Part shown: positions 1-9,173 of the stretch, piece by piece | How positions within the stretch are numbered: the first letter of the stretch is position 1 | How the letters are laid out: each line of letters begins with the position of its first letter | Assembly (NCBI GenBank): GCA_900541245.1 | Contig: UQIS01000001.1 | Coordinates: 25,495 to 89,494 of the forward strand | Origin: an uncultured Collinsella sp. | Lineage (GTDB): Bacteria > Actinomycetota > Coriobacteriia > Coriobacteriales > Coriobacteriaceae | Reading direction: 5' to 3' | DNA length: 64,000 bases | Notes under the pieces: model-generated | What the model was told of the DNA's origin: nothing | Seen by the model: the letters and a program-made list of their open reading frames with translations, nothing else | The model's database searches: none | Made by a program: the position numbers and the translations under genes

Positions 1-1563
1 TCCTTCCAGGAGTACTTCGAGCGTCTGCGCACCGAGGCCGAGCGCTGGGGCAAGCCCACGGCAGCCGTCTTGGGCGCCCTCATGGCCCAAGTCGACCTGG
101 GTGCCGGCGCCATCGGTGGCAAGGATTCCATGAGCGGCTCGTTTGAGGACGAGACCGGCGAGCTCAACGTTCCGCCGACCCTGATCAGCTTCGCTGTCGC
201 CGTGGGCAAGGCCGCCCGCGCCGTCTCGCCCGAGTTCAAGGGCCTCACGCACCGCGTCGTCCGCATCGCCCCCGCCACCTATGGCGAGGACTACCGCCCC
301 GACGCTCAGCAGCTGCTCGCGGCGTTTGACGCCGTCGAGGCGCTCACTGCTACCGGCAACGCCCTGGCCATCTCCACGCCCGGCTACGGCTGCGGCGCCG
401 AGAGCCTCTTTAAGATGTGCGTCGGTAACCAGATCGGTATCGAGCTTGCCGAGGATGTAGACGTAGAGAGCCTCTTCACCCCGCTCTACGGCAGCTTTAT
501 CGTCGAGCTCGCCGAGGACGCCGAGCTGCCCGAGGTCGCCGACGGCGTTGTCGTCGAGCCCCTGGGTACCACCGTCGAGGGCTATGTCATCGACACCGGC
601 TCCGAGGTCATCGAGCTCGCCAAGCTCCAGGAGGCCTGGGAGAGCGGCATCGAGGGCGTCTTCGCCTACCGCAGCGCCGGCGAGACCCCCGAGGTCGAGA
701 CCATCGACTTCCGCGCCAAGGATATCCACGTGTACGGCGGCGCCAAGATCGCCCGCCCGCGCGTGATCATCCCCGTGTTCCCCGGTAACAACTGCGAGTA
801 CGACAGCGCCCGCGCCTTCCGTGCCGCCGGTGCCGAGGCCGACACCTTCGTGATCAACAACCTCACGCCCGAGGCCGTCGCCGAGAGCACCCACGAGCTC
901 GCCCGCCGTATTCGCCAGAGCCAGATCGTCATGATCCCCGGCGGCTTCTCGGGCGGCGACGAGCCCGATGGCTCCGCCAAGTTCATCACGGCGTTCTTCC
1001 GCGCTCCCGAGGTCACCGAGGCAGTCCGCGACCTGCTCAAGGCCCGCGACGGCCTGATGCTGGGCATCTGCAACGGCTTCCAGGCCCTGATCAAGCTCGG
1101 TCTGGTGCCCTACGGCGACATCGTCGACGCCACGCCTGATGCGCCCACGCTTACGTTCAACACCATCGGTCGCCATCAGAGCCGTCTGGTGCGCACCCGT
1201 ATCTCGTCCAACCTGTCCCCGTGGCTGTCGCAGTGCAGCCTGGACGACCCCTACACCGTCGCCATCAGCCACGGCGAGGGCCGCTTTGTCGCCAACGACG
1301 AAGTGCTCGCCCAGCTGATCGCCAACGGCCAGGTCGCCACGCAGTACGTGGGCGAGGACGGCAAGCCCAGCATGGACCTTTCCGTCAACCCCAACGGCTC
1401 CGCACTCGCCATCGAGGGCATCACGAGCCCCGACGGCCGCGTCCTGGGCAAGATGGGCCATGCCGAGCGTCGCGGCGACAGCCTGTACCGCAACGTGCCC
1501 GAGCATGTCCCCGGCGATAAGTTCATGCCGATCTTTGAGAGCGGCGTGGCCTACTTCGCTTAA
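1..1563 (+). CDS. purL: phosphoribosylformylglycinamidine (FGAM) synthase, C-terminal part including the glutamine amidotransferase domain; 5' end lies outside the window
   Basis: Frame is open from nt 1, so the listed M at 70 is internal. The GICNGFQALIKLGLVP motif is characteristic of the FGAM synthase glutaminase domain. Length and context fit a single-chain PurL. Confidence 0.8.
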   Translation, partial: SFQEYFERLRTEAERWGKPTAAVLGALMAQVDLGAGAIGGKDSMSGSFEDETGELNVPPTLISFAVAVGKAARAVSPEFKGLTHRVVRIAPATYGEDYRPDAQQLLAAFDAVEALTATGNALAISTPGYGCGAESLFKMCVGNQIGIELAEDVDVESLFTPLYGSFIVELAEDAELPEVADGVVVEPLGTTVEGYVIDTGSEVIELAKLQEAWESGIEGVFAYRSAGETPEVETIDFRAKDIHVYGGAKIARPRVIIPVFPGNNCEYDSARAFRAAGAEADTFVINNLTPEAVAESTHELARRIRQSQIVMIPGGFSGGDEPDGSAKFITAFFRAPEVTEAVRDLLKARDGLMLGICNGFQALIKLGLVPYGDIVDATPDAPTLTFNTIGRHQSRLVRTRISSNLSPWLSQCSLDDPYTVAISHGEGRFVANDEVLAQLIANGQVATQYVGEDGKPSMDLSVNPNGSALAIEGITSPDGRVLGKMGHAERRGDSLYRNVPEHVPGDKFMPIFESGVAYFA

Positions 1564-1601
1564 ACCTTTCCCATCGGGTACAATCCCCTCGGGTAACAAC
1601 A

Positions 1602-1638
1602 CCCGCCACCGGCACCCCCGGTGGCGGGTTCTTTTTTG
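1602..1638 (+). terminator. rho-independent terminator after purL
   Basis: Arms CCCGCCACCGG and CCGGTGGCGGG with a 5-nt loop, followed by TTCTTTTTTG. Confidence 0.55.
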
Positions 1639-1664
1639 CTTTGCGCGTATAGGAGAAGGACATC

Positions 1665-2600
1665 ATGGAAAGCCGCAAGCCGTATCTCGCCACCCTGCCC
1701 GGACTCATCCTGGGCTGTCTTGTTTGCTGTGCACTCTGGGGATCGGCCTTTCCCTGCATCAAGATCGGCTACGCGCTCTTTGGCATCCCAGCGCACGATA
1801 GCGCTTCGCAGCTGCTCTTTGCAGGTTTACGCTTTACGCTTGCCGGCGCCCTGGTTATCGTTGGGATGAGCGCGGCCCAACGCCGCCCCCTCATACCGCA
1901 AGCGCGCGACATCAAGCCCATCTTTGTCTTGTCGCTCTTCCAGACTATCGGGCAGTACTTCTTTTTCTATCTGGGCCTCTCGCGCGCCAGCGCCATGTCG
2001 AGCTCCATCATCGAGGCCAGCGCCAACTTCCTCGCAATCCTCTTTGCCGCCCTGGCATTTCACACCGAGAAGCTCAATACGGCCAAGGTGCTTGGCTGTG
2101 CGCTGGGCTTTGCCGGCGTCGCGCTCGTCAACCTTTCGGGCGCGGACGGCACCTTTGGCTTTACGCTCGACGGCGAGGGCTTTATCTTGGCTTCCACTGT
2201 TGCAGGCGCTCTTTCGACCTGCCTGATCGGCATCTTCTCGCGCAAGCACGACGGTGTTTTGCTTGCCGGCTGGCAGTTTTTAGTCGGCGGCCTGGTCCTC
2301 ACCGCCATCGGCTTTTTGATGGGCGGCACATTGTCCCCCACCGAAGTCGCCCCCGCCATCGCGCTCATCATCTACATGGCGCTTATCTCCGCCGTCGCGT
2401 ACTCGCTGTGGTCCCGCCTGCTCGCCGTCAACCCCGTCAGCCGCGTGTCGGTCTTTGGCTTTATGAACCCAGTCTTTGGCGTGCTGTTGAGCGCACTGCT
2501 GCTCGGCGAGGGCGCTGGCACGAGCCCCGTTACCGTCATCGTTGCCCTGTTGTTGGTCTGCGGCGGCATCATCATCGTCAACAAACCCAAAAAAGCCTAG
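1665..2600 (+). CDS. EamA/DMT-family transporter (10-TM drug/metabolite exporter)
   Basis: 311 aa, hydrophobic throughout, with two similar halves typical of EamA repeats. Confidence 0.7.
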   Translation: MESRKPYLATLPGLILGCLVCCALWGSAFPCIKIGYALFGIPAHDSASQLLFAGLRFTLAGALVIVGMSAAQRRPLIPQARDIKPIFVLSLFQTIGQYFFFYLGLSRASAMSSSIIEASANFLAILFAALAFHTEKLNTAKVLGCALGFAGVALVNLSGADGTFGFTLDGEGFILASTVAGALSTCLIGIFSRKHDGVLLAGWQFLVGGLVLTAIGFLMGGTLSPTEVAPAIALIIYMALISAVAYSLWSRLLAVNPVSRVSVFGFMNPVFGVLLSALLLGEGAGTSPVTVIVALLLVCGGIIIVNKPKKA

Positions 2601-2699
2601 CGAGCTCACCTTTTTAGGGAGGGCGTTTGCACACTTTAGCTTAATGGAATACATCGATGAGCTGAGGGCCGCCACGCACGCAAGCGTGCGACCCTTTTC

Positions 2700-3860
2700 C
2701 TAGCGTATCTGGATGCCGGCTTTCTTTTTCTCGGCCTTGACGCGATAGAGCTCCGCATCGGCAGCGCGAAGTAAGTCTTGCCAGGTATCAACACTATCGC
2801 CGACCCGCGCGCAACCGATGGACATCCGCAATGCATACGGCACCTCGGCATGCGCGAGCTCGTCGTTGATTGTCGCGCACAGATGCATGATATCCTGTTC
2901 CGCCGCTGCCTTTTGGAGCACCACGAACTCATCGCCACCATAACGCGCGATAAAGCCACCAGACGCCGAGCAGACATCCTTGAGCGCCGTCGCAACAACC
3001 TGAAGAGCATGGTCGCCCTCCACATGTCCATAGCGATCGTTAATCTGCTTAAAGCCGTCAGCGTCCATCATAAGCAGATATACATCTTCGGCCTGATCCA
3101 CATTTGAAAAGAGCGACAGCATATAGGTCTCAAAACGGTTGCGGTTGTTGAGTCCAGTCAACAGGTCAGTCGAGATCAGTTGCTCCTGGCAGATGATATA
3201 GAGCAGCAACATGCTAATCATTATGCCGACACAAAGGCCAGGCACCGAGTATACGATCTGAAAGGTACCGCCCACCAGGGCCGGAATGGCGAAAAATGCC
3301 AAGGTTCGATAGATAGCCTTCGTCTGCAGGCTCTCGACCCTACGAGATTGCACAAACGCATGCAGGGACGTATGTATAACGTAACAGTAGCTGACAATGG
3401 GCTGGATCATATAGGCAAAGCCGCGACGATACACGCCCTGCGAATCGATATAGAACAAGGCGTGCGTCCAGTAACTGGTAAAAGCCAGCACGACCACCAG
3501 AGCCGTAGGCAACGTTACAAGCACCACCCTATAGCGCGAGGTCACAAGGCGAGAGCCCTGCATCGTCTCGGAATAGATAAACCAAATGAGACACGCGATG
3601 GCAAAGAGCGAAAACGAAACCGCGTTGGAAATCCAGTTGGCAGCAATACCCAACGTGCCGTCCGCACCATCCGAAAGCGTCCAGATCATATCGAATAATA
3701 TGTACGCGGCAGAGGTGTAGCCAAGCATGCTAAACAATAGCTGCAGGGTGCTCGAGAACAAGGAGCGACGACTTCGCGCGGCAAGCCCGATAAGAACAAT
3801 CATGCATAGCAGGAATATCTCAATCTTGAGTGCCTTAACCACTAGACGCCATCCCTTCAA
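2700..3860 (-). CDS. membrane-anchored GGDEF diguanylate cyclase
   Basis: N-terminal multi-TM region. C-terminal GGDEF domain with an intact RYGGDEF motif and DxLTGLxNR upstream. Confidence 0.8.
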   Translation of the reverse strand: MKGWRLVVKALKIEIFLLCMIVLIGLAARSRRSLFSSTLQLLFSMLGYTSAAYILFDMIWTLSDGADGTLGIAANWISNAVSFSLFAIACLIWFIYSETMQGSRLVTSRYRVVLVTLPTALVVVLAFTSYWTHALFYIDSQGVYRRGFAYMIQPIVSYCYVIHTSLHAFVQSRRVESLQTKAIYRTLAFFAIPALVGGTFQIVYSVPGLCVGIMISMLLLYIICQEQLISTDLLTGLNNRNRFETYMLSLFSNVDQAEDVYLLMMDADGFKQINDRYGHVEGDHALQVVATALKDVCSASGGFIARYGGDEFVVLQKAAAEQDIMHLCATINDELAHAEVPYALRMSIGCARVGDSVDTWQDLLRAADAELYRVKAEKKKAGIQIR

Positions 3861-3940
3861 TATCCGAATGGTCAGAATCGCCCAATTCGAATCAGGGCAA
3901 TAAACACCCCTTTACTCCGCAGGAGTAAAGGGAATCATAG

Positions 3941-3981
3941 CAAAGCGCCCGAACATCACTGCAAAACAGTTTCTGTTCGGG
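3941..3981 (-). terminator. hairpin downstream of kdgT (minus-strand terminator candidate)
   Basis: 11-bp inverted repeat GCGCCCGAACA / TGTTCGGGCGC. On the minus strand it is followed by TTTGCTATG. A second hairpin sits at about 3908-3935 (CCCTTTACTCC / GGAGTAAAGGG). Confidence 0.35.
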
Positions 3982-4031
3982 CGCTCGGACGACGCGAACT
4001 GCACGCCGGAATCAATTATCGGTAACGGCCG

Positions 4032-5084
4032 TTACTCGCCATCGATGTCGGTCGCGACGGCCTCCTCGATGGCCTCGACACCGGCAGGCGACAGGTCCTC
4101 CTTGCCCTGGCAGAACTTCTTGTCGACCCAGCCGGTCAGAATCGGAGCCATGATTGCCGTGATGATAACGGCAGTAGCGATCTGGGCGTACGCGGTGGGC
4201 GCAAGCTCGGCGTAGCGCGGCGCGACCTCGGCGAGAGCAACCGGCGTGGTCATAGCCGTGCCGGCGATGGTGGAACAAGCCACGGCAGCCTTGCCGTTAC
4301 CACCGCACAGGCGCTCGAACGCAAAGGTGATGGGACCGACGACAAACAGCGTGACAAGGCCCAGCAAGATGCCGGAAATACCACCGGCGATGAAGCTCGA
4401 AAGGCTCATGGACGCACCGAGCTGAAAACCAATTACAGCGATCGCGGGATTGGCGCCGGGAACCAGCAGGTTCTTGATAAACGGGAACAAGTTGCCCAGA
4501 ACCATGCCGATAACGAGCGGCAAAATGGAGCCGATGATAGTACCGACAGGGATGTTGGCAAGACCCGAAACACCAAGGATGATCATCGTGACGGCGGGGC
4601 CGGCCGTAAAGAACAGGATACCGACGGCGCCCTGCTCGGACTCATCGCCGAACTCGCCCATGATGCCCGTATAGAGCGCCATGTTGCAAAACGTGATGCC
4701 GCCGATGATAGACACGGAGCTCAGACCCAGGAAGTTGTCGTTAAAGAAATATGCCACGCCTAGGCCGAGAACCGCTGCGACGACCAGCTTGGGGATCAGC
4801 ACGACGATGCCGGTCTTGATGGCGCCCGGCGTGGACTTAAAGCTGATGCCGGCGCCCACAAACAGCAGGATCGCGGCAACGATGGTGTTGGAGCCACCGC
4901 GGCAGGCAGCCGTAAAGAAGCCGCCGACCTCAAAGACCTGCGGGCAGAAGGTGTTGAGCAAAAGACCGACGATCATCGGATAGATCATGATGTCGCCCGG
5001 AATGCGCGGGACCTTGAATTTCTTTTGCTCGTTGGCGGTTGCTTCCTGTGCCATGAAACCCCCATTTCCGCTGACGGGGTACAA
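4032..5084 (-). CDS. kdgT: 2-keto-3-deoxygluconate permease (KdgT family)
   Basis: 350 aa membrane protein. The N-terminus KVPRIPGDIMIYPMIVGLLLNTFCP resembles the KdgT N-terminus. Confidence 0.65.
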   Translation of the reverse strand: MYPVSGNGGFMAQEATANEQKKFKVPRIPGDIMIYPMIVGLLLNTFCPQVFEVGGFFTAACRGGSNTIVAAILLFVGAGISFKSTPGAIKTGIVVLIPKLVVAAVLGLGVAYFFNDNFLGLSSVSIIGGITFCNMALYTGIMGEFGDESEQGAVGILFFTAGPAVTMIILGVSGLANIPVGTIIGSILPLVIGMVLGNLFPFIKNLLVPGANPAIAVIGFQLGASMSLSSFIAGGISGILLGLVTLFVVGPITFAFERLCGGNGKAAVACSTIAGTAMTTPVALAEVAPRYAELAPTAYAQIATAVIITAIMAPILTGWVDKKFCQGKEDLSPAGVEAIEEAVATDIDGE

Positions 5085-5204
5085 AAGCCCACGTCACGCT
5101 TTGCTACAGTAAAGTTTGACCATGGTACCAGAAGAAATAGACCAGCTCGGTGAAAAATTCGACAAGTTGGGATGGAACGAGATTCGGCACCCGCGACGCC
5201 ACCC

Positions 5205-5528
5205 CTATATAAGGCTCAAGACGATATAGAGTACGATGCCCGAGACACAGCACCACAGCATCGATTTTGTCTTGACCGCCACGACCACGACGCCGGCGGC
5301 CGCAATCCAGGGAACCAAGGCAGGCCAGAGTCCCGCGTCGAACGCGCCGGGGCTCACCAAGTCGTTGGCGACCAGCGCGGCAAAGGCAGCGGGCGGGATA
5401 TAGCCCAGGGCCTCGGTAATACGGGGCGACAGGGTCCGCCCGCGCAAGGCGAACGCCGGCGCGATGCGAAAGAACGCGATAGCAGCCCACGACGACAGCC
5501 ACAGAACCAAGAACTCGTTAACGGGCAT
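5205..5528 (-). CDS. azlD: branched-chain amino acid exporter small subunit AzlD
   Basis: About 108 aa hydrophobic protein starting at an internal ATG (MPVNEFLVLWL...), overlapping the azlC stop by 11 nt. The ORF-track N-terminal extension overlaps azlC and is implausible. Confidence 0.55.
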   Translation of the reverse strand: MPVNEFLVLWLSSWAAIAFFRIAPAFALRGRTLSPRITEALGYIPPAAFAALVANDLVSPGAFDAGLWPALVPWIAAAGVVVVAVKTKSMLWCCVSGIVLYIVLSLI

Positions 5529-6279
5529 CGCGGGCACCTCTTCCGTCAAATACAGCATCGCACGCCAGCGCAATGGCAATGCCGACCACGACGCTTGCCG
5601 GCACGGCAATATTCGCGAGGCCCAAGAACTTGCATGCGGCGACGGACACCGCGCCCGAAACCGCCGCGACAACGTTACCGCGCGACAGCCGCTGCGAAAA
5701 GAGCAGGCAGATAAAGAGCGAGGTGCAGACAAAGGCTGCAATGGCGGTGGGAACATCGACAACGGCGCCGACGATGGCGCCCATCGTACACGAAACGCCC
5801 CATGTTGCGATGAGGATCACGTTGAGCACAAAGGACTCGCGCGGGCCCCAATCCTCCCCTTCAACCAACTTGGCAAGCGAGATGCCATATGCCTCCTCGG
5901 TAAGTGTCGCGGCAACAGCCAGCGTCTGACGCTTCGAGGCACCCCTCAGATGCGGTGCGATCGATGCCGAGTAAAGCGCAAAACGCGAGGAGATGGCGGC
6001 AACGCTCGCGACGATCGATGCTGCAGGCACACCCGCCAGCCACAGGTTGCAGATCATAAACTGGCCGCTGCCCGTCACAAACGTACTGCTTAGAGCAAAG
6101 ACCATCCAGGGCTCCATTCCCGTCTGCCCCATGATCATTCCGCACGGCGCGCCTATTGCAACATAGGTAAGCATCACTGGCCAGACGGTTCTAACGATTT
6201 TGAGCACCATACGTTTCTCATCCTGACAAGGTCTCCGAGCCGCATGTAGCGACACGGCAGAATCATCATCCGGCAGCAA
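5518..6279 (-). CDS. azlC: branched-chain amino acid exporter AzlC
   Basis: 253 aa polytopic membrane protein with AzlC-like organisation, followed immediately by azlD. Confidence 0.65.
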   Translation of the reverse strand: MLPDDDSAVSLHAARRPCQDEKRMVLKIVRTVWPVMLTYVAIGAPCGMIMGQTGMEPWMVFALSSTFVTGSGQFMICNLWLAGVPAASIVASVAAISSRFALYSASIAPHLRGASKRQTLAVAATLTEEAYGISLAKLVEGEDWGPRESFVLNVILIATWGVSCTMGAIVGAVVDVPTAIAAFVCTSLFICLLFSQRLSRGNVVAAVSGAVSVAACKFLGLANIAVPASVVVGIAIALACDAVFDGRGARDAR

Positions 6280-6336
6280 CCGAGTTCACCTACAATTGCC
6301 ACCGGATCGAAAGACACAACTTTTTAGGAAGTCATT

Positions 6337-7149
6337 ATGACAACTATCGATCGAGACCGGGCGCGCGCGGCCTTCAAAAGCTACACCGATGCCTACGACG
6401 CCACCAACCCACGCATCGCGCTCAAAATCGAGCATACGTACCACGTGGCCGAGGCATGCGATGCCGTAGCGCGCGAGCAGGGCTGGTCGTCAGAAGATAT
6501 TGACCTGGCATGGCTTTGCGGCCTGCTACACGATATGGGCCGCTTTGAGCAGCTGCGACGCTGGGACACCTTTAAGGACGCCGAGAGCATGAGCCATGCG
6601 GCGCTGGGCATCGAGGTCCTCTTTGGCGAGAATCCCGCCGATGCACCCGCCACGACAAACATCCGTGACTTTATCGAAACCGGTGCGCATGACGAGCTCA
6701 TCCGAGCGAGCATCGCCTATCACAGCGACTTTCGCCTGCCGGCACAACTCGACGAGCGTACACGGTGCTTCTGCGATATCGTGCGCGATGGCGACAAGAT
6801 CGACATTATGCGCACCATCGCCGACAGCACCGTCGATACCATCCTCAAGGTGGATGAGGACGCGTTTCTAGCCAGTCGCTTCTCGGTACCGACGCTTGCC
6901 GCCTTTGACGAGCATCGGTGCGTCGCGCGCGACGAGCGCAACGAGCCGGCGGACTACCTGGTGGGACTCATCTGCTTTATGTTTGAGCTCGTCTATCCAG
7001 CGAGCCGCACGCTGGCGCGCGAGCAGGGCGATATCTACCGCCTGCTCGACGCGCCCTTTGGCATTACGCGGCCCTTTACCGACCCCGCCACGCAGGCGAC
7101 TTGGAGCCGCCTTAAGGACGAGATGCGCGACTGGCTGGCGCGCGCCTAG
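6337..7149 (+). CDS. HD-domain metal-dependent phosphohydrolase
   Basis: H...HD motif (LLHDMGRFEQ) and later conserved D residues. 270 aa. Confidence 0.6.
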   Translation: MTTIDRDRARAAFKSYTDAYDATNPRIALKIEHTYHVAEACDAVAREQGWSSEDIDLAWLCGLLHDMGRFEQLRRWDTFKDAESMSHAALGIEVLFGENPADAPATTNIRDFIETGAHDELIRASIAYHSDFRLPAQLDERTRCFCDIVRDGDKIDIMRTIADSTVDTILKVDEDAFLASRFSVPTLAAFDEHRCVARDERNEPADYLVGLICFMFELVYPASRTLAREQGDIYRLLDAPFGITRPFTDPATQATWSRLKDEMRDWLARA

Positions 7150-8351
7150 CGCTCAAGCTGGGCCAGCAGTTCCTCGACGACCTCGACGGCGTCCCCAACA
7201 ACCTTGTACTGGGCAGCACCGAAAATGGGGGCATCCGGGTCCTCGTTGATGGCGATGATGCACTCCGCCCCACCGATGCCGGCAAGATGTTGGATGGCGC
7301 CCGAAACACCGATACTCACGAGAAGCCTGGGCGAAACCGATACGCCCGTCTGGCCAATCTGGTGGCGATACTCCAGCCAACCCGCCTCCACGACGGGACG
7401 CGTGCAACCAAGCTCGGCACCCAGAGCCTCGGCGAGCCTTCGCATCAACGGCAGGTTTTTCTTGGAACCAATGCCGCGACCCACCACGACCAGGCGCTCG
7501 GCATTGGCGATCGAGGGCTGCTGTCCCCACTCCTCGGCGGGAATCGAGATCTCGACACGAGCCTTAGCATCATCCGCAAGCGATATCTGGGTGATCGTGC
7601 CAGAGCGGCCGTAGTCGAAGTCGGGAGCCTTAAAGATACCGGGGCGCACCGTTGCCATCTGCGGACGGTGGTTGGGGCAAATGATGGTGGCCATCAGGTT
7701 GCCGCCAAACGCCGGACGCGTCTGTTGCAGCAGTCCCGTCTCTGTATCCATCGAAAGTACGGTGCAGTCAGCCGTAAGGCCCGTCTGCAAACGCACGGCA
7801 ACGCCGGGTGCCAGTTCGCGACCAAAAGCGGTCGCACCGTATAGGATGGCCTCGGGTTTGCGTTCGGCTACCAAATCGCAGATCAAGCGGGCGTAGACCT
7901 CCGCATCGTTTTGGCGCAGGCGCTCGTCGCGACAGGCCAGGACTTCGTCGGCGCCCGCGCAAACCAGATGCTCCAGGTCCCCGAGCGAGCCCTCGGGGCT
8001 CATGCCGACCAGTGCCACCAGACGGCAGCCGCGAGCATCGGCAAGCTCGCGCCCCTTGCCCATAAGCTCATAGGCAACGGGAGTCACCGTATCGTGCTCG
8101 TCGGTCTGCACGAAGACCCAAATGTCTCGATATGCATCAAGGTCCACCGCACCAGCGGCCTCGTCACACTCGATCGAGATAGCGTTGACAGGGCAGGCGT
8201 CGACGCACCCACCGCATAGGATACAGCCGTCGGTTACGCGGGCGCATCGGTTGGGACGCTCGCCCTCCACCACAATGCCGCCCGAGGCGCAGGCGCGAAC
8301 GCAGCGACCGCAGCCGATACAGGCTTCGCTATCGATAATCAGTCCGCTCAT
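7146..8351 (-). CDS. etfA: electron transfer flavoprotein alpha subunit with N-terminal 2x[4Fe-4S] ferredoxin domain
   Basis: Two CxxCxxCxxxCP clusters (CIGCGRCVRAC, CILCGGCVDACP) followed by an EtfA FAD-binding domain. It directly follows etfB. Confidence 0.85.
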   Translation of the reverse strand: MSGLIIDSEACIGCGRCVRACASGGIVVEGERPNRCARVTDGCILCGGCVDACPVNAISIECDEAAGAVDLDAYRDIWVFVQTDEHDTVTPVAYELMGKGRELADARGCRLVALVGMSPEGSLGDLEHLVCAGADEVLACRDERLRQNDAEVYARLICDLVAERKPEAILYGATAFGRELAPGVAVRLQTGLTADCTVLSMDTETGLLQQTRPAFGGNLMATIICPNHRPQMATVRPGIFKAPDFDYGRSGTITQISLADDAKARVEISIPAEEWGQQPSIANAERLVVVGRGIGSKKNLPLMRRLAEALGAELGCTRPVVEAGWLEYRHQIGQTGVSVSPRLLVSIGVSGAIQHLAGIGGAECIIAINEDPDAPIFGAAQYKVVGDAVEVVEELLAQLER

Positions 8352-9173
8352 CTATGCCATCCCCTCGATGATCTTGGCAAGTTTTGCCGCCTGCTCGGAC
8401 GCCGTTCCGTCAACGGCCTCGCACGTTTGGTCACGGTCGGGCACAAACGAGCGCACGACCTGTGTCGGCGACCCGGCAAGACCGCAACGCGCGGGGTCGG
8501 CGTTCACGTCGGCGGCACTGACCACGCGCACGTCCGCCTCCTCCGCCGCGCGGATACCGGCAATACTCGGCATACGCAACTGGCCAATCTCCTTGGCAGT
8601 CGTCATCGCGCACGGCATCTCAAGGTACACCGTCTCCTCGCCGGCATCGCATCCGTGAACGAGCGCCAGCGAGCCACAGGTCGTAAAGCCCGCGCTCTGC
8701 ACGCAGCTCACATCGGTCACGCAGGGAATATCAAAGGCACCGGCAAGCTCGGGACCAATCTGGGCCGTATCGCCATCCACCGCCATCTTGCCGCAGATGA
8801 GCAGGTCGAAGTCCTCGTCGCGCGCCTCGATGCCGCACTTGAGGGCATAGGTGGTTGCCAGGGTATCGGCACCTGCAAAGGCGCGATCGGTCAGCAGTAG
8901 CGCGTCGTCGGCGCCTCGAGCGATGCAGTCGCGCAGCAGCGACTCGGTCGCGGGGATGCCCATCGACACCACCGTCACGCGCACATCCATGCCAAAGCCG
9001 ATAAAGTCGTCCTTCAGCGCCAGCGCGCATTCCAAAGCGCTCGCATCAAAGGGATTAATGACCGCCTGCTTGCCATCGCGCACGATGGTATTGGTCTTGG
9101 GGTCCATCTTGACCTCGGTGCTGCCCGGCACGGCCTTGACGCACACCACCATATGGAAATCGCTCATCTTCAC
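8352..9173 (-). CDS. etfB: electron transfer flavoprotein beta subunit
   Basis: N-terminus MKMSDFHMVVCVKAVPGSTEVK, typical of EtfB. ATGA overlap with the upstream oxidase gene. Confidence 0.85.
   Translation of the reverse strand: MKMSDFHMVVCVKAVPGSTEVKMDPKTNTIVRDGKQAVINPFDASALECALALKDDFIGFGMDVRVTVVSMGIPATESLLRDCIARGADDALLLTDRAFAGADTLATTYALKCGIEARDEDFDLLICGKMAVDGDTAQIGPELAGAFDIPCVTDVSCVQSAGFTTCGSLALVHGCDAGEETVYLEMPCAMTTAKEIGQLRMPSIAGIRAAEEADVRVVSAADVNADPARCGLAGSPTQVVRSFVPDRDQTCEAVDGTASEQAAKLAKIIEGMA

Noticed and set aside
8122-8658. Ser/Ala/Pro/Arg-rich ORFs overlapping the etf operon on the plus strand (8122-8658, 8427-8900, 8851-9264)
   Set aside because: They are out of frame or antisense to etfA and etfB, which are strongly supported. 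The composition is typical of spurious GC-rich frames.
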